Shown: positions 1 to 4,997 of the stretch, piece after piece | Layout of the letters: the number at the start of each line of letters is the position of its first letter | Numbering within the stretch: position 1 is the stretch's first letter | IMG/VR virus record: IMGVR_UViG_3300029210_000292 | Coordinates: 1 to 5,545 of that record | Source: a virus | Direction: 5' to 3' (one strand) | DNA length: 5,545 nt | The notes under the pieces: model-generated | Seen by the model: only the letters and a program-made list of their open reading frames with translations | Databases searched by the model: none | What the model was told of the DNA's origin: nothing | Made by a program: the position numbers and the translations under genes

Positions 1-477
1 TTAAAAACTTCCCGGAGTAAATGACGACGCAGGTGATTGCGTTGGTTCGGCTTGTGTTCCTGTCGGCTCATAGAATTTTTTTATTTCATTGGATTTTAAG
101 ACTTCACCTGTTTTTGTGCTTGTATATTCATGTATACCGATTTTACATCTGCCTGTTGCTCCGACAACCGCACTCCAATTCATACGGCACTTTTCGCCAT
201 GCTTTCTCTGTCCTATTGCGGTAAAAAATGCACAAAGCATTCCCTCTGTTTTTGTATGTAAAAACAGGTTGTGTTTAATCGTACCTTGATTACCTTTGCC
301 GTCCGCAACGTTTAATGTTATAATCGCTTTATTGCATGGCGGAAGTTTAGCACTTCCTTGATGTCTGCCACGCTCAAAGCCTGTTACCGTAAAATTATAA
401 TCACCGTCGGGCAATATTTGAAACTCACTGTCGTTTTCTATTTCATCATCCCAACCAAATTCTCTTTCTTCTGCCAT
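1..477 (-). CDS. DUF669-like phage protein, 158 aa (complete; stop at 1-3)
   Basis: The ATG at 477-475 shares one base with the TAA of the upstream gene (TAATG). AAGGAGGT lies 6 nt upstream on the minus strand (plus coordinates 484-491). An acidic N-terminus is followed by ILPDGDYNFTVTGFERG and a beta-rich core, then a Pro/Thr/Ser tail. This resembles DUF669 proteins that follow Sak4-type ATPases in Firmicutes phages. The family call is from memory, not a search. Confidence 0.7.
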   Translation of the reverse strand: MAEEREFGWDDEIENDSEFQILPDGDYNFTVTGFERGRHQGSAKLPPCNKAIITLNVADGKGNQGTIKHNLFLHTKTEGMLCAFFTAIGQRKHGEKCRMNWSAVVGATGRCKIGIHEYTSTKTGEVLKSNEIKKFYEPTGTQAEPTQSPASSFTPGSF

Positions 478-1607
478 TATTCGTTACCTCCTTGAAATAC
501 ATTTTCATTTCTCATTTTCTTAATAATTTCAAATACTTGATTCCATGCCCCTACCAATACACCGTTAATAAAATCTACCGCATAGTTTTCTATCGGTGTA
601 TCTTCGGGATAATATCCCTTATATGCTACGGCTTGTCTTATTTCAGCGTCTGTTACCTTATTAATCTGCATTAAATCCGACAATGCTTTCGGTATATTTC
701 CGTTCGGCATATCAAACGATTGTGCCGGTGTATCAAATTCTTTTCTTTCGTCTGATACGTTGTTGTCAATCGGCGGTGCAGGCGGTGCAACTGTCGTTTT
801 TTGTGGTGGTGTGACTACCTGTGAAACAGTCGGCTCTATATGTGGTGCGACTGTCGGTGTAACCGCTTGTGTCGGTGCATTATCTTTAAAACAATGTGCA
901 ATTCGTTCATATTCAAACGGCATTTCGTCCGGTAGATTATGACGGTTCTTTGCGTCCCAACAAGGGTGATGTGTGGTGTACATTGTTCTTGTACCGCCCT
1001 GTGCCTTATGTTTTGTTCCTTTGTCGTCAGTCGCAACCGAAAATGTTTTATAATTGACAAATAAAATCATATCCGCCCACTCTTTCAAAATAGGTGAAAT
1101 CTGCGAACTTGTTTTTTTGCCGAGTTTCAACTCCCAACGGTCATATGCTCCCATTTCGTCCGGCTGTTCAAATTTGCGCAACTGTGCATGAGCCGTCAAA
1201 ACTACATTGATACCCAATTCAATCAATTCATCAAGTGAATTTAAAAATCTGCCTATTTCCTCTAATTCGTACACATATCCCGAACCGTATCCGAAATCCT
1301 CAATACTTTTTTTGTTATTATCTGCGCATATCTTTGCAATACAAAGTCTTTCCGCCCAATCAAATGTATCTATAATATATGTTTTGCATACAGTCGGATT
1401 TGCTTTGACATATGCTACTTCCTCTTTTAGCAATGTCCAAGAGGTAGGCTTAGGCAAACGTCTTACGTCCATATGCTTTGTACTGCCCTCTGTATCTGAA
1501 AACAGAGGATTTGGGAACTTCGACGCAAACGTTGATTTGCCTATTCCCTCCGGACCGTATATGATTACTTTTTGTGCCGATTCGATTTTTCCGCTTGTAA
1601 TATCCAT
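477..1607 (-). CDS. Sak4-type (AAA_24 / RecA-like) phage ATPase with a Pro/Thr/Val-rich linker and an extra C-terminal domain, 376 aa
   Basis: Walker A is GPEGIGKST. A Walker B-like hydrophobic strand follows (YIIDTFD; VVLTAHA). The start is moved from the track's 1628 to the ATG at 1607-1605. That ATG overlaps the upstream TAA by one base (TAATG) and sits 7 nt after GGGAG (AGGGAGAATTTTAATG). The core covers about the first 245 aa. It is followed by APTQAVTPTVAPHIEPTVSQVVTPPQKTTVAPPAPP and a C-terminal domain of about 90 aa. Confidence 0.85.
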   Translation of the reverse strand: MDITSGKIESAQKVIIYGPEGIGKSTFASKFPNPLFSDTEGSTKHMDVRRLPKPTSWTLLKEEVAYVKANPTVCKTYIIDTFDWAERLCIAKICADNNKKSIEDFGYGSGYVYELEEIGRFLNSLDELIELGINVVLTAHAQLRKFEQPDEMGAYDRWELKLGKKTSSQISPILKEWADMILFVNYKTFSVATDDKGTKHKAQGGTRTMYTTHHPCWDAKNRHNLPDEMPFEYERIAHCFKDNAPTQAVTPTVAPHIEPTVSQVVTPPQKTTVAPPAPPIDNNVSDERKEFDTPAQSFDMPNGNIPKALSDLMQINKVTDAEIRQAVAYKGYYPEDTPIENYAVDFINGVLVGAWNQVFEIIKKMRNENVFQGGNE

Positions 1608-2875
1608 TAAAATTCTCCCTCTTTCCAAGTTTTTGTCGCATTAGGTGTTGCTATGCTTAATTCGCTTGAATATCCGTCCTCAATGATGATACTGCATTCT
1701 TCACCTGTACTTACTCTTGTGGCTATTGCCTGCAATCCCTCTTTTTCAAGCCATTCACCGAACTCTTTTAATGTGTCGGTATCCATTTGCTCCAACTTAT
1801 CAAGAAGTACAAAACCACAATCGGGATTGAGCTTTCTGACAATAGCCGTTGATACTTTCATCTGCTCCGCACCGCTCATGTTATCCCACTTAAAGCCTTT
1901 GTATGTAAGCTCGCCGTCTTCAACCGACAATCCATCAAGTGGCAGATTTGCATTCTTCAATAAATTCGTCTTTTCTTTACGAACGTTACTAATAGCTGTG
2001 GTAAGCTCGTCATACTTGTCCTTGTATTCTTTCGCTTCTTCTTCGGCTTTGTCTTTATCCATATTGGCACGAACTTTAATATTTATCTGCTCAATGTTCT
2101 TGATGTTCTGTTCAAGTTCTTCGGTTGATTCGTCGTGCAAATCAAGTGCCGATTTTTGTGCAATTTCAAGATCCGAAAGTACAACATCAAGTTGTGATTG
2201 AAGATTTGTAATTTGTACTTTTAAATCTTCGGAACGCTTTAAAAGTGATTGTGCTTTTTCACGTTTACGTTGGTTTTCGCCGTTTTTTGCAAGTATTTCC
2301 TGTTGCTTTAGGATAAGTTCCGAGATTGAAATAAGTTCTTTCGGTGCTTCGGGATAATCGACTATTTCTTCCGCAAACTTCTTCTTTTGGTCTGCTATTC
2401 TGCCGATTGCGGTACGTTCGTTGTAAAGTTGTTTTTCTCTGTTTTCAATTTCATATAACTGCTCTCCGACACCGATTACTTGAAGTAGTATCTCTGCTTT
2501 TTCCTTTGATGTGCCTTGCATAAATTTCGGCAAGTCCAGTGCAAATTGTTCAATAAACTCATTCAAAAGCTGTTGACCGCCTTTGTTACCGTTCGGATCT
2601 ATTACTTTCAATGCACTGTTCTTGCCCTTGCGCTCCACAATTAAACCGTTTGACAATTCAATATGAAGAATAGGCGGAATGACCGAGCCGTCACGCTGTG
2701 GTTGTGACGGACGGTATTTGTCACCGCCCAGTGCCCACGCTATACTGTCTATGACAGAAGTTTTACCCTGTCCGTTTTTGCCACCGATAACCGTTAAACC
2801 ATTCTGTGCCGGCTCAAGTTTTACCGCCTTTATTCGCTTGACATTTTCAAGCTGTAATTCATTTATCTTTATCAT
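1607..2875 (-). CDS. SMC/SbcC/RecF-like (AAA_23-type) ATPase with central coiled coil, 422 aa
   Basis: The N-terminus MIKINELQLENVKRIKAVKLEP...GGKNGQGKTSVIDSI is the typical SMC-head Walker A. The middle is long and E/K/L/Q-rich, consistent with a coiled coil. The C-terminus has GAEQ (signature-like) and FVLLDKLEQMD (Walker B/D-loop). The ATG at 2875 is preferred over the track start 2911. AAAGGAA lies 9 nt upstream of 2875, and nothing SD-like precedes 2911. Confidence 0.8.
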   Translation of the reverse strand: MIKINELQLENVKRIKAVKLEPAQNGLTVIGGKNGQGKTSVIDSIAWALGGDKYRPSQPQRDGSVIPPILHIELSNGLIVERKGKNSALKVIDPNGNKGGQQLLNEFIEQFALDLPKFMQGTSKEKAEILLQVIGVGEQLYEIENREKQLYNERTAIGRIADQKKKFAEEIVDYPEAPKELISISELILKQQEILAKNGENQRKREKAQSLLKRSEDLKVQITNLQSQLDVVLSDLEIAQKSALDLHDESTEELEQNIKNIEQINIKVRANMDKDKAEEEAKEYKDKYDELTTAISNVRKEKTNLLKNANLPLDGLSVEDGELTYKGFKWDNMSGAEQMKVSTAIVRKLNPDCGFVLLDKLEQMDTDTLKEFGEWLEKEGLQAIATRVSTGEECSIIIEDGYSSELSIATPNATKTWKEGEF

Positions 2876-2907
2876 TGATTTTCGTTCCTTTCTGTGGTAT
2901 AATGTTG

Positions 2908-2928
2908 ACATAGATTAATAATCTATGT
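2908..2928. repeat. Perfect 21-bp palindrome ACATAGATTA-A-TAATCTATGT between the 86-aa gene and the SMC-like ATPase gene
   Basis: Read directly: 2908-2917 is the exact reverse complement of 2919-2928. The one-base centre makes it a poor RNA hairpin, so it looks more like a dimeric protein binding site. Confidence 0.8.
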
Positions 2929-2961
2929 GTTTTTGTTATTTGACCGTTTATGAGTGCCAGC

Positions 2962-3222
2962 TCATACGGTCTCTTTTTTTATACTTACTTTGCAGTGGCA
3001 ACCTGCTCCGAGATTGTCGTTGCTTTTGTACATTTCTGTTTGCTTAAAGCCTTCTTCTGTGTATATTGAGCAGAATTTTAACAGTGTATCGTTAGTTTCC
3101 TTGTATTGATACATCGCTCTGAAAATCTTGCACGCTTGCTCTATTGTTTCCGCCTCAATGATTATCCAACCGCCCTTAAATGGTTGTCCCTCACTGCCGA
3201 ACGTAATGTAATAGTTATTCAT
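2962..3222 (-). CDS. Small phage protein of unknown function, 86 aa
   Basis: ORF from the track. GGGAGGTG lies 7 nt upstream of the ATG at 3222. It sits in the co-directional early operon. I cannot name a domain with confidence. Confidence 0.75.
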   Translation of the reverse strand: MNNYYITFGSEGQPFKGGWIIIEAETIEQACKIFRAMYQYKETNDTLLKFCSIYTEEGFKQTEMYKSNDNLGAGCHCKVSIKKETV

Positions 3223-3228
3223 TCTCTT

Positions 3229-3324
3229 TCACCTCCCAATCATATTCATCATTATAAATTCTGTCATAATCAGTATCGCACTAAATGCAACAACCGATAT
3301 AGCATACTTAATTCTTTCAGACAT
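3229..3324 (-). CDS. Micro-ORF, 31 aa, single predicted transmembrane helix (MSERIKYAISVVAFSAILIMTEFIMMNMIGR); not in supplied track
   Basis: Hand translation. The ATG at 3324-3322 is preceded by GAGGTG with a 4-nt gap. It overlaps the 3' end of the upstream gene by 8 nt. Its TGA (3231-3229) lies inside the SD of the next gene, so it exactly fills the gap between two called genes. Confidence 0.5.
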   Translation of the reverse strand: MSERIKYAISVVAFSAILIMTEFIMMNMIGR

Positions 3325-3520
3325 TGCACACCTCGTTTCTTTTTACGATGTCCAAAACTTGCTTAACCTGTCTGTCGAACTGCTCCGGTGTTAATTCACC
3401 ATCCGCCTTACGATATTTTTTATTACATACAATATCTCTTGCCACTTCTGCTAAAATTCTTATACCGTCTATGTTCATAACTGACATATTTCGGCGAATT
3501 TCTCTTATTAACTTAAACAT
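3317..3520 (-). CDS. Small basic phage protein of unknown function, 67 aa (71 aa if the GTG at 3532 is used)
   Basis: ORF from the track. The ATG at 3520-3518 sits inside GATGTTTAA, the end of the upstream micro-ORF (8-nt overlap). This suggests translational coupling. Neither candidate start has a strong SD. Confidence 0.7.
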   Translation of the reverse strand: MFKLIREIRRNMSVMNIDGIRILAEVARDIVCNKKYRKADGELTPEQFDRQVKQVLDIVKRNEVCNV

Positions 3521-3623
3521 CTTTTTTACCACGCTTTCGTTTCTTTTCGTCCTCTTTCATCAGCTTTAAACTGATAATTAACCCAACACCGAAACTAATC
3601 AGTGCAATTCCTATTGTGTTCAT
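3513..3623 (-). CDS. Micro-ORF, 36 aa: N-terminal transmembrane helix plus Lys/Arg-rich tail (MNTIGIALISFGVGLIISLKLMKEDEKKRKRGKKDV); not in supplied track
   Basis: Hand translation. GAGAGG lies 7 nt upstream of the ATG at 3623-3621. It is the first ORF after the long inverted repeat. Its stop overlaps the next gene's start. Confidence 0.6.
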   Translation of the reverse strand: MNTIGIALISFGVGLIISLKLMKEDEKKRKRGKKDV

Positions 3624-3644
3624 TTGTTTACCTCTCTTTACTTC

Positions 3645-3754
3645 CTCACAGGCACACAGGAGCCGTCCGCAAAACAGATTTCATTAAAATTTAAACTCAT
3701 TGGGGAAAGTTTACTTTACGGATAATATGCGGACAGCCCTTGTCTGCCTGTGAG
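3645..3754. repeat. Long imperfect inverted repeat: 26-nt GC-rich arms (3645-3670 and 3729-3754, 22/26 complementary) around a 58-nt AT-rich spacer
   Basis: Left arm is CTCACAGGCACACAGGAGCCGTCCGC. Right arm is GCGGACAGCCCTTGTCTGCCTGTGAG. It sits in the only sizeable non-coding gap of the leftward operon (3624-3764). Confidence 0.8.
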
Positions 3755-3764
3755 TATTAAGTTG

Positions 3765-3956
3765 TTATGCGTATTTGTAACTGTTTGCATGCTCCGTTGC
3801 ACGCCATTTCTCATAAGCCTTTACATCTATGTACCACTTATGTCCCTGCTTGTATGCAGGAAAACCTTTCACGTGTATCCATCTAAGCACCGTATTTTCG
3901 GGAATACCGTACATCTCTCGGAATCCCTTTAAATCCACTTGTCTTACTTCTGCCAT
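3765..3956 (-). CDS. Excisionase-family / HTH_17-type DNA-binding protein, 63 aa
   Basis: GIPENTVLRWIHVKGFPAYKQGHKWYIDVKAYEKW matches the MerR-like excisionase-family pattern (TVxxWI...FPAxKxGxxWxI...W). The ATG at 3956 (MAEVRQ) is preferred to the track's GTG at 3965. A weak GGGTGAG SD precedes it. Its function could be Xis-like or transcriptional. Confidence 0.85.
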   Translation of the reverse strand: MAEVRQVDLKGFREMYGIPENTVLRWIHVKGFPAYKQGHKWYIDVKAYEKWRATEHANSYKYA

Positions 3957-3977
3957 TTTTCTCACCCACTTTTTTTT

Positions 3978-4006
3978 ATTGTAATATTTTGTTAATGCAC
4001 TTGTAA
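3978..4006 (-). promoter_or_regulatory. Candidate leftward sigma-A promoter for the HTH_17 gene and downstream early genes (-35 TTACAA, 17-nt spacer, -10 TACAAT, minus-strand reading)
   Basis: -35 is the reverse complement of 4001-4006. -10 is the reverse complement of 3978-3983. The predicted start near 3970 leaves a short leader containing the SD. TTGTAA copies at 3979, 4001 and 4012 overlap both elements. Confidence 0.45.
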
Positions 4007-4017
4007 CGTACTTGTAA

Positions 4018-4046
4018 TTGATAAAATATATATTGTGGTGTATAAT
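4018..4046 (+). promoter_or_regulatory. Candidate rightward promoter TTGATA-17-TATAAT, back-to-back with the leftward promoter and antisense to the XRE gene
   Basis: -35 is at 4018-4023 and the spacer is exactly 17 nt. The perfect TATAAT at 4041-4046 is embedded in GTGG-N8-CCAC (4035-4050). That overlaps CCAC-N6-GTGG (4047-4060). There is no plus-strand ORF until 4343. Confidence 0.5.
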
Positions 4047-4080
4047 CCACTTATACGTGGTTAATATACAACATATTGTG

Positions 4081-4281
4081 TTATTTTTGTTTTAACACGT
4101 CAGTCAAATTTATTGTAGTTGATGTAAGAATTGCCACCAGCTCATCAGCTGTCAATACACGGTTTTCTCGTAACGAACGCCGTAGCATTTCATAATCAAT
4201 ACCCGTCATTCGTGCTACATGTGCTATTGTTATTCCGTTTTGAATCATGTATTTTGATATTTTGTGTTGTATTTTTTCCAT
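4081..4281 (-). CDS. Small XRE / Cro-C1-type HTH regulator, 66 aa (Cro-like position)
   Basis: NGITIAHVARMTGIDYEMLRRSLRENRVLTADELVAI fits the HTH_3 helix-turn-helix pattern. The ATG at 4281 has AAGGTG 6 nt upstream, whereas the track's GTG at 4290 lies inside that SD. It is the first gene of the leftward operon and is divergent from the DUF2188 gene. Confidence 0.8.
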   Translation of the reverse strand: MEKIQHKISKYMIQNGITIAHVARMTGIDYEMLRRSLRENRVLTADELVAILTSTTINLTDVLKQK

Positions 4282-4342
4282 GTGTGTCACCTTAAAATTT
4301 AATATTTTTATAAATTTTTATTAATGAAAGGATGTGATTTCG
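4282..4342. promoter_or_regulatory. Very AT-rich divergent intergenic region between the XRE and DUF2188 genes; must hold at least the XRE promoter
   Basis: Only 61 bp separate the two start codons. It contains the tandem ATTTTTATAA / ATTTTTATTA (4304-4323) and the palindrome TTAAA-A-TTTAA (4292-4302). Several TATAAA / TATTAA hexamers occur on both strands. None has a convincing -35, so no specific promoter is called. Confidence 0.3.
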
Positions 4343-4573
4343 ATGGGCAAAAATCAATGGGTTTCTCCACGTCAAAATGGTTGGGCTGTTCACGGCGAAG
4401 GTGACCAAAGGGATACCAAAATATTCAACACTCAGCGTGAAGCTCAAAATTATGCACGAGATGTAGCAATTAATCAACGTAGCGAAGTTATCGTGCAAGG
4501 TCGTAACGGTCGTATCCGTTCAAAAGATAGCTATGGCAATGACCCTTGTCCACCAAAAGACACCGAACACTAA
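4343..4573 (+). CDS. DUF2188-family small protein, 76 aa
   Basis: GWAVHGEG...FNTQREAQNYARDVAINQRSEVIVQGRNGRIRSKDSYGNDPCPPKD matches the recalled DUF2188 signature (GW.V...G....F.Tk.eA...Ar.ia.nq.sElviHg.dG.I...dSyG.DP.PPKD). The ATG at 4343 lies 10 nt after AAAGGA. The track's GTG at 4334 is too close to the SD. Confidence 0.85.
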   Translation: MGKNQWVSPRQNGWAVHGEGDQRDTKIFNTQREAQNYARDVAINQRSEVIVQGRNGRIRSKDSYGNDPCPPKDTEH

Positions 4574-4716
4574 TCATATTTAGGCGTTAATCTTACCCTG
4601 TAACCTTCAGTTGTGTCTACGAAATTAGACTGTATAACTGCAATGGTTACAGGGTTTTTTTCGTCTGTTTCTACTACAATTTTTGTATATTGACCTAATG
4701 CTTTTTCATCTTCCAT
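4570..4716 (-). CDS. Possible 48-aa protein (MEDEKALGQYTKIVVETDEKNPVTIAVIQSNFVDTTEGYRVRLTPKYD); not in supplied track
   Basis: Hand translation. AGAAAGGAAGTGAG matches 12 of 14 positions of the Firmicutes anti-SD complement, with GGAAG 9 nt before the ATG at 4716. Amino-acid composition is balanced. Caveats: the ORF reads through the whole terminator hairpin, I find no promoter for it, and it overlaps the DUF2188 stop by 4 nt. Confidence 0.4.
   Translation of the reverse strand: MEDEKALGQYTKIVVETDEKNPVTIAVIQSNFVDTTEGYRVRLTPKYD
4596..4661 (+). terminator. Rho-independent terminator for the DUF2188 transcript: long interrupted hairpin plus T7
   Basis: CCCTGTAACC (4596-4605) pairs with GGTTACAGGG (4645-4654). 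Inner helices are CAGTT/AACTG (4608-4612 / 4636-4640) and GTCTA/TAGAC (4615-4619 / 4626-4630). TTTTTTT follows at 4655-4661. There is no U-run on the opposite strand, so it is unidirectional. Confidence 0.8.
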
Positions 4717-4756
4717 CACTTCTCACTTCCTTTCTAATATTGCTTTTGCTCGTCTA

Positions 4757-4785
4757 TTGCAAAATTAACCATATTGTGCTAAAAT
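4757..4785 (+). promoter_or_regulatory. Near-consensus extended -10 promoter: TTGCAA (4757-4762), 17-nt spacer, TGc-TAAAAT (4777-4785)
   Basis: Read directly. The predicted start is near 4791-4793. It is bracketed by the inverted hexamers GTCTAT (4752-4757) and ATAGAC (4795-4800). No SD-preceded ORF lies within about 150 nt downstream. Confidence 0.7.
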
Positions 4786-4791
4786 ATAATA

Positions 4792-4949
4792 AATATAGAC
4801 AACGCCGAGCCAAACCCACTACGGGGAGGTGTAACGACTGGACACGGAGCAACCTTTCCCACAGGTTGAAGGCACAGTCTGAACTCATAGGCGACTATGA
4901 GAGTTATGCAGAAATGACATAACCACGATTTTTCGGAGTAACAAATTGG
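4792..4949 (+). ncRNA. Candidate structured non-coding RNA or long structured 5' leader (family unknown; 3' end undefined)
   Basis: By my count 4801-4900 has 55 of 100 G/C, against 29 of 100 in 4701-4800 and 36 of 100 in 4901-5000. Helices seen: CAACCT/AGGTTG (4850-4855 / 4863-4868, 7-nt loop), GACTG/CAGTC (4836-4840 / 4875-4879, enclosing the first), and CTCATAG/CTATGAG (4884-4890 / 4895-4901). The last is capped by a GCGA tetraloop, which is GNRA-type. GGGGAGGTG (4823-4831) has no start codon after it. No intrinsic terminator was found before 5128. Confidence 0.35.
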
Positions 4950-4997
4950 ATGTCTACGATTAAAAACGAAGAAGCTAGACTTTCAGGAATAGCAACA

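Noticed and set aside
21-2918. Track ORFs 21-224(+), 89-289(+), 492-674(+), 760-942(+), 836-1060(-), 1207-1644(+), 1450-1641(-), 1653-2201(+), 2679-2918(+)
   Set aside because: All lie antisense to, or out of frame within, the three long well-supported minus-strand genes. They have low-complexity or Ser/Leu/Cys/Phe-rich translations and no ribosome binding sites. They are shadow ORFs.
2904-2939. Perfect TTGACA on the plus strand as a rightward promoter
   Set aside because: At 17-nt spacing the -10 would be TGTTTT (3 of 6). The next candidate, TGTTAT, is 24 nt away. There is also no plus-strand gene to serve.
2949-2980. Hairpin TATGAG-N6-CTCATA followed by a T-run on the plus strand (terminator-like)
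   Set aside because: The stem is only 6 bp. The T-run is the complement of the KK codons at the 3' end of the 86-aa gene. There is no plus-strand transcription unit upstream. On the minus strand no U-run follows it.
3638-3700. 20-aa minus-strand ORF starting in the loop of the long inverted repeat
   Set aside because: It has no SD (aaactttccccaATG), and most of its codons are the GC-rich arm.
3106-4498. Track ORFs 3106-3366(+), 3324-3569(+), 3750-3932(+), 4292-4498(-)
   Set aside because: They are antisense shadows of the small early genes, the HTH_17 gene and the DUF2188 gene. They have no SD and hydrophobic, low-complexity products.
4734-4762. Minus-strand promoter TTGCAA-17-TATTAG (reusing the palindromic -35) for the 48-aa ORF
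   Set aside because: The predicted start would fall inside the ORF's own Shine-Dalgarno sequence, and the -10 matches only 4 of 6.
4754-4888. 44-aa minus-strand ORF across the GC-rich island
   Set aside because: There is no SD before its ATG (ctcatagtcgcctATG), the product is Leu/Arg-rich, and it ends inside the promoter. It is most likely fortuitous.
4801-4905. GC-rich island as a tRNA/tmRNA fragment marking an attachment core
   Set aside because: There is no T-loop (GGTTCGA-type), no cloverleaf arms and no CCA-proximal acceptor segment. No integrase is adjacent in the window. A homology search is still needed to exclude it.
4879-4914. Hammerhead-like arrangement (CTGA ... hairpin ... GAAA) around the GCGA-capped helix
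   Set aside because: The core reads CUGAACU rather than CUGAnGA, and the required helix I/III partners are not evident. I also did not recognise twister, pistol or HDV-like cores.
4683-4922. 79-aa plus-strand track ORF spanning the orphan promoter and the GC-rich island
   Set aside because: It has no SD. It would have to be transcribed from upstream of the terminator at 4596-4661. It contains the whole promoter in its coding sequence. Its product is a Leu/Phe-rich stretch followed by an Arg-rich stretch with no domain character.
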